Below are positions 1 through 8,240 of a DNA stretch of 64,000 nucleotides, piece after piece; within the stretch, counting starts at the first letter, position 1; each line of letters opens with the position of its first letter. A program made the position numbers and the translations under genes. Location of the stretch: NCBI GenBank assembly GCA_041397305.1, contig JAWKWX010000004.1, positions 94,429 through 158,428 on the forward strand, written 5' to 3'. The stretch comes from Paracoccaceae bacterium. Its GTDB lineage: Bacteria > Pseudomonadota > Alphaproteobacteria > Rhodobacterales > Rhodobacteraceae. A model generated the notes under the pieces. It was not told the DNA's origin. It did no database searches and saw only the letters and a list, made by a program, of their open reading frames with translations.

Positions 1-1
1 C

Positions 2-184
2 GCCCGCACCCTCGCGCAGGATGCGCGAACGAGCCTCATATACGGGATGCCCGGCGCCGCGGCCGCGATGGGCGCGGCAGAGGAACTGTTGCCGCCCGCA
101 GAGATCGGCGCGCGCATCCTGACGCTCTGCACGGTCGGCGCAACGCCGCGCCCGGCAATCCGGCCTGACGCGACAGAGGGCTAG
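2..184 (+). CDS. cheB: Chemotaxis methylesterase CheB, C-terminal fragment (5' end outside window)
   Basis: Frame 2 reads ...RTLAQDARTSLIYGMPGAAAAMGAAEELLPPAEIGARIL... This matches the conserved CheB C-terminal pattern TLAQDExSxVVFGMPxEAIxxGA. Stop TAG at 182-184. Absent from the ORF track because it is truncated by the window edge. Confidence 0.7.
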   Translation, partial: ARTLAQDARTSLIYGMPGAAAAMGAAEELLPPAEIGARILTLCTVGATPRPAIRPDATEG

Positions 185-627
185 AACCAGGACACGTCAC
201 CGCTTGGTTCGGTCTGTGGCGAAGCGTCTGCGCCGGCCGCTGCCTCCGGCGCGGCCTTGGCCCCGAACAGGCGGTGCGCGAGGTCGCGCAGGATCAGCTC
301 ATCCGCGAGCGGCGGCGCGGCAATGGTGGTGGAGGGGGTCAGCTGTCCGCCAAGGGCGGCCAGCAGGCGGGAGAGATCGCCGAGGTTCTGGGTGATCCGG
401 TCGATCGCCTGCAGACCGGCGGACGCTTCCTCCGGCGCCCTCTGGGCAATGCCCGCGACCGAGAGCGCGTTCTGCAGATCGAGCGCGAGGCCCGCAAGAT
501 GGCTGAGCTCTCCCGCGACGCGGGACGCGAGTGCGGCGACGGCAATTTCGGCATCACTCCCGCCGCCGGTACGCCGGACGGGTTCGGGGGCGCGCGCGGC
601 GCGCGGCGGCAGGTCGGACCCGCTCAT
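181..627 (-). CDS. Hypothetical protein, last gene of the che operon (148 aa, Ala/Leu-rich, ends ...GDVSWF)
   Basis: ORF track 181..627. Strong GC3 codon bias in this frame. Start ATG lies 1 nt after the cheR stop, suggesting translational coupling. I recognise no family. Confidence 0.5.
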   Translation of the reverse strand: MSGSDLPPRAARAPEPVRRTGGGSDAEIAVAALASRVAGELSHLAGLALDLQNALSVAGIAQRAPEEASAGLQAIDRITQNLGDLSRLLAALGGQLTPSTTIAAPPLADELILRDLAHRLFGAKAAPEAAAGADASPQTEPSGDVSWF

Positions 628-628
628 G

Positions 629-1486
629 CTATCCCTCCGCGCGCATGTCGTTGCGGCTGTAGATCGTCTGGCCGATCGCGCTGAGCCGCGAGGCGGCGGG
701 GCCGGTCAGCCGTTCGGCATGGCCGAGCAGGAGCCAGCCACCGTCGGCCATGGCTGCGGTGAAGCGCTCCAGCAGCCGTTCCCGGGCCCGCGGTTCGAAA
801 TAGATCAGCACATTGCGGCACAGGATGGCGTCGAAGCCCTGGTCCGCGCGCCAGTCGCCATGGAGGTTCGCGGTGCGGCACCGGACCAGCCGCCGCACCT
901 CGTCCGACAATGTGAACCCGTCGGACAGAGAATGACAATGATGCCGGTGGCGGGGCGGGATCTCGGCCAGCGCGGCGGTGGGGTAGACCGCGCGGGCGGC
1001 GCGCGCGGTCTGGGTCGCGTCAAGGTCGGTTGCCAGGATCTGGAGATCGAGCCGTGCCGCGTCGGGCGCGAGATCGAGAAGCGTGAGCGCAAGAGAATAG
1101 GCCTCCTGCCCGGCGGCGGAGCCGGCCGACCAGAACCGGAGCCTGCGACCTGCGCGCGCGTCGGCGATCAGGGGGGGAAGCAGCCGGTCGCGCATCATCC
1201 CGAAATGATGGGGCTCGCGGAAGAAATGCGAGACATGGGTCGTCAGCAGACCGAGCAGGGTCGCGCGTTCCGCCGCGCCGCCGGGCCCGCCGATGAGGCG
1301 CAGATAGTCGCGGTAGCCTGCCAGGTTGAGCCGCGCGAGGCGCCGACGCAGGCGCGCCTCGATCATCGGATGGCGCGCGGGCGGCAGAAGCAGCCCCGCC
1401 TCCTCCTCGACCCGGCGGGCGATCGCCGCAATGTAGAACCGCGTCCGGTCGGTCGCCGCGCCGCTGGTTTCGGCGCGCAGGTTCAT
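629..1486 (-). CDS. cheR: Chemotaxis protein methyltransferase CheR
   Basis: 285 aa with FFREPHHF and RFWSAGSAAGQEAYSLA (AdoMet-binding) motifs typical of CheR. 4-bp overlap with cheW. Confidence 0.9.
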   Translation of the reverse strand: MNLRAETSGAATDRTRFYIAAIARRVEEEAGLLLPPARHPMIEARLRRRLARLNLAGYRDYLRLIGGPGGAAERATLLGLLTTHVSHFFREPHHFGMMRDRLLPPLIADARAGRRLRFWSAGSAAGQEAYSLALTLLDLAPDAARLDLQILATDLDATQTARAARAVYPTAALAEIPPRHRHHCHSLSDGFTLSDEVRRLVRCRTANLHGDWRADQGFDAILCRNVLIYFEPRARERLLERFTAAMADGGWLLLGHAERLTGPAASRLSAIGQTIYSRNDMRAEG

Positions 1487-1977
1487 GCGACGCTGCCTTC
1501 CGGTGCGGGAGCGAGGCGCGCGGGATCGAGCACCCGCAGGATCGTGCCCGCCTCGACCGCCAGCGCCTTGAGGAAACCGCCGCCCGGCCCGGCGGCGCAG
1601 GCGGGGGGCGGCTCGAGCGCCAGGTCGGCGAGCCTGGTGATATCGCGCACGCGCGCCACCGCGACACCAAGCGGGCGGCCCGCGGTCTCGACCACCACGA
1701 TGACCGGCCTCGCGCCCAGCACGCCGTTGCTGCTGTCTGCAGCCTCAAGCCCCAGGCGGCGGCCGAGGTCGATGACCGGCAGGATGGTGCCGCGCAGATT
1801 GACGACGCCCAGCACCCAGTCGGGCCTGTGGGGAAGCGGCGTGGCGCGGCTGAAGCTGCGGATTTCGCGGATCGCGCTGAGCGGCAGGATGAACTCCTCT
1901 CCCGCCGCGGACAGGCCGAGATAGTCGGTGCCGACCTCTGTTGGCGCAGCGGTCTGCGCGGGCAGGGCTTCGGTCAT
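1483..1977 (-). CDS. cheW: Chemotaxis coupling protein CheW
   Basis: 164 aa with the CheW-like motif VVNLRGTILPVIDLGRRLG. Overlaps the cheA stop and the cheR start by 4 bp. Confidence 0.9.
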   Translation of the reverse strand: MTEALPAQTAAPTEVGTDYLGLSAAGEEFILPLSAIREIRSFSRATPLPHRPDWVLGVVNLRGTILPVIDLGRRLGLEAADSSNGVLGARPVIVVVETAGRPLGVAVARVRDITRLADLALEPPPACAAGPGGGFLKALAVEAGTILRVLDPARLAPAPEGSVA

Positions 1978-3914
1978 GAGGCGCGCCTTTCGGAGGGGGA
2001 TGTCTGGCCGTCGGTCGCCGCCGCGAGGCGCATGAGTTCGCCGGGGTCGAGGATGAGAGCGACGGTGCCGTCGCCAAGGATCGTTGCGGCGGCGGTGCCC
2101 GGGACCGGGCCGAGGCTCGCGCCCAGGGGTTTGACCACGATCTGATGTTGGCCCAGCAGGTCGTCGACGATAAGGCCAAGGCGCCGGTCCTCCTCGTCGG
2201 CGACGAGCACGGCGAGCGCGGCGGCGGGGCGGGCGGCGCCGAGGCCGAGAAGACCCGCAAGGTCGAAGAGCGGGGTCTGGCGCTGGCGCAGGCGGACGAG
2301 CCGCTCGCCCCGTGAGAAACGCACAAGGTCCGGCGTGCCGAGCCGGGTGGCCTCGAGCGTGGCGGCGAGCGGCAGAGCGAAGACCTGGCCACCGGCCAGG
2401 ACGAGCATCGCCTCCATCACCGCGAGCGTGAGCGGCAGCGACAGGGTCAGGCGGGTGCCCTTGCCCGGCTCGGACCAGAGCGACAGGCGACCGCCGAGCG
2501 CGGTGACCGCCTTTTGCACCGCATCCATCCCGACACCGCGACCCGAAAGGGCGCCGACCGCGCGCGCCGTGGAAAAGCCCGGCCGGAACAGAAGCGCATC
2601 GGTCTCGGCGTCGGTCAGGGCCGCACCGGCATCGACCAGCCCTTGCGCGATCGCGGTGGCGCGGACGCGGGCGCGGTCGATCCCGGCGCCGTCGTCGGCC
2701 AGGTCGATGATCACCCGCCCCGATCTGTGGGCGGCCGCCAGCGTGATCCGCCCTTGCGGGGCTTTGCCAGCCGCCAGCCGCTGCGCGGGGGCTTCCAGCC
2801 CGTGATCGACCGCATTGCGGATCATGTGGGTGAGGGGTTCCACCAACCGCTCGGCGATGGACCGGTCGATTTCCGTCGCCTCGCCGCGGATATCCAGAAG
2901 TGTTGCCTTGCCTGCGCGCGCCGCCGCCTCGCGCAGGATGCGCGCCATGCGCTGGAAGAGCGGCTTGACGGGTTGGGTGCGCAGCGCAAGGACCGAGTCC
3001 TGCAGATCGCGCCCTAGCGTCTGCACCTCCGCCAGCGCGGCGGCGGCGGAACGGCGATCAAGGCCCATGTCCTTGAGGCGGCGCGCAAGGATCGCTTCCG
3101 CGATCGCCAACTCGCCGACGAGGTTCATCAGCCGGTCGAACCGGTCAAGATCGACACGCACCGTCGGGCGGTCGGCCGGGTCGGTTCGCGCCTGCGGTTC
3201 CTTGTCTGGCTGCTTGTCCTCGGCCGGTGCGGCATCCGCTTGCACCGATGCCGCCGGGGATGCAGGCGTCCGGTCGAACTGCAGGTCACAGATATCCTCG
3301 ACGAATTCGAACGTCTCGCGGATCGCGTGCTCGTCGGCCGAACCGGCAAGATCGACGGTCCAGGACAGGTAGCCGCCCTGCGGGTCCATCGCCGCGAGCG
3401 ATGGCAAGAGGCTGGTGTCGCAGGCGACCGACGCCTCGCCGAGGTCGGTGAGCGCGTTGATCAGGTGAAGCGGCTCGTTCCCCGACTGATAGAGCGCCGC
3501 GGCGGGCCGGAAGAGGATGCGCCAGTTGCCCGAAGCCGCCGGTCCGGCAGGTTCATGGTCCGCTGAACCGCTGTCCGGCCCGGCGGTCCGCGCCGCCTCG
3601 ACCGCCCGCGCCAGATCGTCGGCGCGCCGCTGCAGGTCGGCGACGGCGGTCGCGCTTGGCCCCTCGCCAGCAGTGCGGAGGCGGTCGAGCCGACTTTCGA
3701 AACCATGCGCAGTGTCGGCCAGCGCGTCATAGGACAGCGAGGCGGCGCCCCCCTTGATCGTATGGACGGCGCGGAAAGCGGCATGGATCGCCTCCGATCC
3801 GGGCCGGGTGATGGCCGGGTCGGCGAGTGCATCGTCGAGCCGCCCGAGCAGATCCTCGCATTCGGCGAAGAAACCGGTTCTGATTTCGGCAAGCGGATCG
3901 TCGGGGGCGGTCAT
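1974..3914 (-). CDS. cheA: Chemotaxis histidine kinase CheA
   Basis: 646 aa. Hpt motif FRAVHTIKGGAASL, HATPase blocks DDGAGID and GRGVGMDAV, and a C-terminal CheW-like domain. Confidence 0.95.
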   Translation of the reverse strand: MTAPDDPLAEIRTGFFAECEDLLGRLDDALADPAITRPGSEAIHAAFRAVHTIKGGAASLSYDALADTAHGFESRLDRLRTAGEGPSATAVADLQRRADDLARAVEAARTAGPDSGSADHEPAGPAASGNWRILFRPAAALYQSGNEPLHLINALTDLGEASVACDTSLLPSLAAMDPQGGYLSWTVDLAGSADEHAIRETFEFVEDICDLQFDRTPASPAASVQADAAPAEDKQPDKEPQARTDPADRPTVRVDLDRFDRLMNLVGELAIAEAILARRLKDMGLDRRSAAAALAEVQTLGRDLQDSVLALRTQPVKPLFQRMARILREAAARAGKATLLDIRGEATEIDRSIAERLVEPLTHMIRNAVDHGLEAPAQRLAAGKAPQGRITLAAAHRSGRVIIDLADDGAGIDRARVRATAIAQGLVDAGAALTDAETDALLFRPGFSTARAVGALSGRGVGMDAVQKAVTALGGRLSLWSEPGKGTRLTLSLPLTLAVMEAMLVLAGGQVFALPLAATLEATRLGTPDLVRFSRGERLVRLRQRQTPLFDLAGLLGLGAARPAAALAVLVADEEDRRLGLIVDDLLGQHQIVVKPLGASLGPVPGTAAATILGDGTVALILDPGELMRLAAATDGQTSPSERRAS

Positions 3915-3924
3915 CGCGCGCGCC

Positions 3925-4293
3925 TCAGCCCGCGATCATCTGCAGGGCGCGCACGAGCTTGTCGGCCTCGAACGGCTTCACGATCCAGCCGGTGGCGCCT
4001 GCCGCGCGCGCCCGCGCCTTCAGTTCCGGCGCGCTTTCGGTGGTCAGCACGAGGATCGGCGTGGCGCGGTAGCGGTCCTGCCGCCTGACCGCCTCGATCA
4101 GCCCGAACCCGTCGAGGCGCGGCATGTTGATGTCCGAGATGATCGCATCCGGTGCGACCTCCGCCAGCCGGTCGAGCGCTTCCTGCCCGTCCTCGGCCAG
4201 CGTGACCTGATAGCCCGCGCGGGTCAGCGCATGCTGCAGAAGGTCGCGGATCGTTCGGCTGTCGTCGACGGCAAGCACCCGTATGGCCATCAT
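3925..4293 (-). CDS. cheY: Chemotaxis response regulator CheY
   Basis: 122 aa single receiver domain: AVDDSRTIRDLL, phospho-acceptor context ISDINMPRLDG, LTTES, VKPF. Confidence 0.9.
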   Translation of the reverse strand: MMAIRVLAVDDSRTIRDLLQHALTRAGYQVTLAEDGQEALDRLAEVAPDAIISDINMPRLDGFGLIEAVRRQDRYRATPILVLTTESAPELKARARAAGATGWIVKPFEADKLVRALQMIAG

Positions 4294-4649
4294 GCATCCC
4301 CTTCGAGCGCGGACAGGGGCAGGGCGAAACTGGCAAGCGCAGCATCGAAAGCCGCCGACCGCGGCGCGATGCGCAAGGGGCGGCCGTCGTCCCGCCAGGC
4401 CGCTGCCGCCGCGAGCAGGATCTGCAGGCAGAGGCCACCGAGAAGGGCAACCTCGCCTGCATCCACCCGCACCGCCTTTCCCCGCAGGGCGAGGAAGCGC
4501 GCGCGCAGGGGCCCCGCCGCCGTCAGGTCGAGCCTGCGGTCGAGCGTGACCGGCGCGGCCCCGCCAGCTTCCCCGCCAGATTCCCCGCCAGCTTCCCGGT
4601 CAGTCCGATTGTCCTTGCGCATGGTGCATTCGTCCTTTGCCCAGGGCAT
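4290..4649 (-). CDS. Small STAS-like / CheS(CheX)-like protein, first gene of the che operon
   Basis: 119 aa. It occupies the position immediately upstream of cheY that a small STAS-like accessory gene occupies in alpha-proteobacterial che operons. 4-bp overlap with cheY. Start ambiguous (4649 or internal ATG at 4622). The family call is weak. Confidence 0.55.
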   Translation of the reverse strand: MPWAKDECTMRKDNRTDREAGGESGGEAGGAAPVTLDRRLDLTAAGPLRARFLALRGKAVRVDAGEVALLGGLCLQILLAAAAAWRDDGRPLRIAPRSAAFDAALASFALPLSALEGDA

Positions 4650-4694
4650 CAGGACTAAGGCCGCGCGGTTAAGAATGGCTTGACAGGGAAAGGT

Positions 4695-5666
4695 TCAGTC
4701 CGCGATCCGGCGGCCGATGTGATCGGCGCAGCCTTCAAGGGCGGCATAATCATCCTCGACCACATGGACGGCGAACTCGCCCATGAAGTCCGAAAAGCGC
4801 CCCTTGTCGCGGAATGTATCCGTGAAACCGTGGTCGGCGAGATAGGGCGCGAAGGCGCGCGCGACCCCGCCGACCAGATAGATGCCGCCGAAGGGCAGAT
4901 GGTCGAGCGCCAGGTCGCTTGCCACCCGGCCCAGAAGCGTGACGAAATGCCGACAGGTTGCGTCAGCTGCCGCGTCGCTGCGCTGGCCTATCCGCTTCAT
5001 GATCTCTGCGGCCGATATTTCCTTGCCTGCGGCGTGGAAGCTGTACAGCCGTTCAAGCCCGCGGCCCGACAGGACATCCTCGACGCCCGCGAACCCGTGC
5101 GCCTTTTCGACATGCCCGGCGAGGCGCAGATCCTCCTCGGTGCGGAGCGGCAGGGTCGCATGGCCGCTTTCGGCCGCCGCGACGAACAGGCCACCTTCGA
5201 TCCGGTGGACAGGCGCTGCGTTGAAGCCGGTGCCGACGCCGATCACCAGCCGCGCGCCGCTGCGCGGGGCGGGTGGCGGGGGGATGACCGTGCGCAGGCT
5301 GTCGCCCGCGAGCCGGTCGAGCGCATGGCCCTGCGCCTGCAGGTCGTTGAGGATGGCAACGATCCGGGCGCCGGTGGCATCGGCCACGTCGGCACTGGTG
5401 ATCCGCCAGGAGAGATTGGTCATCTCGGCGACGCCGTCCTGAACCGGCCCCGCGACCGCGATGCAGGCGCCGGAGCAGGACGGGGCGCCAAGCGCGTTCA
5501 GATATTCCGTCAGGATCGCGGGCAGGCCTGCACTCGATGCATTCGCATAGCGACGGATCGTGTCGCGCGCCACCCGGCCGTCATGGGCAAGCGCCACGCG
5601 CGTATTGGTGCCGCCGATGTCGGCAAGAACGAGCGTCGCGCTTGGTGGCGAAGAGGCTGGGGTCAT
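4695..5666 (-). CDS. glk: Glucokinase
   Basis: N-terminal LVLADIGGTNTRVAL ATP-binding motif of the Glk family. I place the start at MTPASS (5666), 8 nt after the bglA stop, rather than the ORF-track maximum (5720). Confidence 0.85.
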   Translation of the reverse strand: MTPASSPPSATLVLADIGGTNTRVALAHDGRVARDTIRRYANASSAGLPAILTEYLNALGAPSCSGACIAVAGPVQDGVAEMTNLSWRITSADVADATGARIVAILNDLQAQGHALDRLAGDSLRTVIPPPPAPRSGARLVIGVGTGFNAAPVHRIEGGLFVAAAESGHATLPLRTEEDLRLAGHVEKAHGFAGVEDVLSGRGLERLYSFHAAGKEISAAEIMKRIGQRSDAAADATCRHFVTLLGRVASDLALDHLPFGGIYLVGGVARAFAPYLADHGFTDTFRDKGRFSDFMGEFAVHVVEDDYAALEGCADHIGRRIAD

Positions 5667-5674
5667 CGTGCGGA

Positions 5675-7009
5675 TCAGGTTCCGGAAAGAAGCAGGCGCT
5701 GGAAGGCCTGATAGGACCATTTCGGGGTCCGCTTCAAGCTTTCAAAATCGACATGGACAAGGCCGAAGCGTTTCTCGTAGCCAAGCGCCCATTCGTAATT
5801 GTCCATGAGCGACCAGTAGAAATAGCCCTTCAGCGGGACGCCTGCGGCGATTGCGCGCCGACAGGCGGCGAGATGGGCATCGACATAGGCGATGCGCCCC
5901 CGATCGGCGACGATGCCATTGTGAATAGGGTCGTCGGCGCTCATGCCGTTTTCGGTGACATGGAGCGGCAGGCCGGGGAAGAGATGGGCGAGTTTTGTCA
6001 ACCGTTCGGTCAGGCCGTCTGGATGAATCTCCCAGCCCATCGTGGTCTTCGGCAGCGGGCCTTCGACCTCGCGCGACGCAGGCCAGGGCGTGTCGGGCGC
6101 GACCGCCTTCAACGCGCGGCGATAGTAATTCACGCCCAGCCAGTCGAGCGGCGCGGAGATGGCGTCGAGGTCGGCCTGCCAGCCTTCCGGCAGCCAGCGC
6201 CCGAGACCTTCAAGCGCCTCGGCCGGGTAGCGGCCAAGCGCCAGCGCCTCGGCGAACCAGCGGTTGAAAAGCGCCTCTTCGGTCGCAGCCGCGCCCTCGT
6301 CGGCAGGGGTGGCGGGTTCGATATGTTCGAAATTGAGGACGATGCCGAGGCCCTCTGCGCCTTCGGCGCGCAGCGCCGCGAGCGCACGGGCATGCGCGGC
6401 GAGCGTGAAATGCATCGCCCGCGCAGCGGCGGATATGTCGCGCAAGCCGGGCGCATGCAGACCGAGGAAATGCGACAGCCAGGCCACGCACCAGGGTTCG
6501 TTCAGCGTGGCGATGCTGGCGAGACGGTCGCCGAACCGGCGCTGCACGGTCAGCGCGTAATCGGCGAACCAGCCGGTGATGTCGCGGTTCGTCCAGCCGC
6601 CGCGATGGGCCAGAGCCGCGGGCAGATCCCAGTGGTAGAGCGTAAGGAACGGTTTCAGGCCGCGCGCGCACATGCCGTCGATCAGCCGGTCATAGAAGGA
6701 AAGCGCGTCGGGGTTCGGCGCGCCCGTCCCCCCGGGCAGGAGCCGCGCCCAGTTGATCGAGAAGCGGTAGGCATCGAATCCGGCGCCCGCGACCAGATCG
6801 AGGTCGTCCGCCCAGCGGTGGTAATGGTCGCAGGCCCGCGCCGCCGTCTCGCCCCGGACCACAGTGCCGGGCGTCAGCGCGAACGTATCCCAGTGCGAGG
6901 CGCCAGCCCCGCCGAAGGCCGTGCCTTCGATCTGGGTGGCCGAGGTCGCGGCGCCGAAGAGAAACCCTTCGGGAAAATCGGCCCGCCGGTGCGAAAGGCC
7001 GGGGGTCAT
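5675..7009 (-). CDS. bglA: GH1 beta-glucosidase
   Basis: 444 aa with GH1 catalytic motifs TLNEPW (acid/base) and VTENG (nucleophile). Confidence 0.9.
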   Translation of the reverse strand: MTPGLSHRRADFPEGFLFGAATSATQIEGTAFGGAGASHWDTFALTPGTVVRGETAARACDHYHRWADDLDLVAGAGFDAYRFSINWARLLPGGTGAPNPDALSFYDRLIDGMCARGLKPFLTLYHWDLPAALAHRGGWTNRDITGWFADYALTVQRRFGDRLASIATLNEPWCVAWLSHFLGLHAPGLRDISAAARAMHFTLAAHARALAALRAEGAEGLGIVLNFEHIEPATPADEGAAATEEALFNRWFAEALALGRYPAEALEGLGRWLPEGWQADLDAISAPLDWLGVNYYRRALKAVAPDTPWPASREVEGPLPKTTMGWEIHPDGLTERLTKLAHLFPGLPLHVTENGMSADDPIHNGIVADRGRIAYVDAHLAACRRAIAAGVPLKGYFYWSLMDNYEWALGYEKRFGLVHVDFESLKRTPKWSYQAFQRLLLSGT

Positions 7010-8034
7010 GTCCGGGGCGCCGGGCCGGTCGACGCGCCGACGATCAGCGCCGCCTCCAGAAGCCGGGTCTGCGGCGTCTGGTCGGGGTCGGCGATCAGGT
7101 CCAGGAGCATTGCCGCCGCCTGCCGCCCGGCCTCGCGCACCGAGGAACGGGTGGCGGTGAAGATCGGCACATCCTCGCCGTTGCGGAAATAGCTCAGCTC
7201 GTCGTCATGGGTGACGATCGAGATGTCGCGGCCGAGTTTCAGGCCGTGCTCCTCGATGGCGCGGCGGGCGCCGATGGCGGATATGTAGGAGGAGGTGAGA
7301 AGGGCGGTCGGCGGTGCGGCGAGGCCCAGCAGGCGGCGGGTCGCCCGATAGCCGTTGGCCTCGGTCATCTCCTCCGACAGCATCAGCGCGGGATCGGGCG
7401 CCAGCCCGTGCGTGGCGAGCGCCGCCTCATAGCCCCGGCGCCGCCGGTAGGCGAAATCCATGGCCTCCAGCCCGTTGATCAGGGCGATCCGGCGGTGACC
7501 GAGGTCGAGAAGGAAGGACGTTGCGCGTTCGAAGGCGCGGCGGTTGTTCACGTCAAGCCAGGAGTAGGGCAGCGTCGCCTCGGACGCGCGGCCATGAACG
7601 ACGAAGGGCAGGCCGATCTCGTGCAGCAGGGCGATGCGGCTGTCGGTGACCTTGGGGCCATGGACGATGATCCCGTCCACCGTGCCCTTGGCCCGCAGTT
7701 TGCGATAAGCGTCGGCCTCGTCGGCATCGGAGACAACGGTCAGCACCATGTCATAATCGGCGCCGGAATAGGTCTCTCCGGCGCCCGCGATGAAATCGGC
7801 GAAGACCGGATTGACGATCTCGTGCTTGGACGACACCGGGATGACATGGCCGATCGCCATGGCCCGGCCGGTCGCCAGCCCGCGCGCCCGCATGTTCGGC
7901 CGGTAGTTGTAGTGCCGTGCGGCCGCCTGCACCTTGGCACGCGTCGCTTCGCTGACCTCGGGAAATCCGTTCAAGGCACGGCTGACCGTCGTCTGCGACA
8001 GTCCGAGCCTTTCCGAAAGTTCCTTGAGGTTCAT
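7006..8034 (-). CDS. LacI-family transcriptional regulator (likely regulator of the divergent agl operon)
   Basis: 342 aa. N-terminal HTH LKELSERLGLSQTTVSRALNG plus a periplasmic-binding-protein-like sugar-binding core. 4-bp overlap with bglA. Confidence 0.9.
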   Translation of the reverse strand: MNLKELSERLGLSQTTVSRALNGFPEVSEATRAKVQAAARHYNYRPNMRARGLATGRAMAIGHVIPVSSKHEIVNPVFADFIAGAGETYSGADYDMVLTVVSDADEADAYRKLRAKGTVDGIIVHGPKVTDSRIALLHEIGLPFVVHGRASEATLPYSWLDVNNRRAFERATSFLLDLGHRRIALINGLEAMDFAYRRRRGYEAALATHGLAPDPALMLSEEMTEANGYRATRRLLGLAAPPTALLTSSYISAIGARRAIEEHGLKLGRDISIVTHDDELSYFRNGEDVPIFTATRSSVREAGRQAAAMLLDLIADPDQTPQTRLLEAALIVGASTGPAPRT

Positions 8035-8041
8035 GGCGTTT

Positions 8042-8055
8042 CCAAAGCGCTTTAG
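8042..8055. promoter_or_regulatory. Putative LacI-family operator 1 (CCAAAGCGCTTTAG)
   Basis: Perfect 10-bp palindrome AAAGCGCTTT with a central CG, 8 nt upstream of the regulator start codon. A second near-identical copy lies at 8172-8187. Confidence 0.6.
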
Positions 8056-8171
8056 ATGTCACTGACTGAACCATGGTCCCGGTTTGGCGTCAATCTCTTC
8101 CTGCTTATATGCTTTTCACGGCCGATTTCATTCTGATTGACTCGTGGGCCTGACTGACGCATGGTCGAGTT

Positions 8172-8187
8172 GTCAAAGCGCTTTGGA
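8172..8187. promoter_or_regulatory. Putative LacI-family operator 2 (GTCAAAGCGCTTTGGA)
   Basis: Perfect 12-bp palindrome CAAAGCGCTTTG about 55 nt upstream of the aglE start. It shares the 12-nt string CAAAGCGCTTTG / CCAAAGCGCTTT core with operator 1. Confidence 0.6.
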
Positions 8188-8240
8188 TAAGTGATTCCGG
8201 CGCCTGATGACTCGGGCGGTGGCCCATTCGGGAGGAGATC

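Noticed and set aside
4667-4672. TTAACC (on the - strand) upstream of the che operon as a CtrA site.
   Set aside because: It is only a 6-nt partial half site (TTAACCGC, not TTAACCAT) with no partner TTAA at N7 spacing. This is expected by chance.
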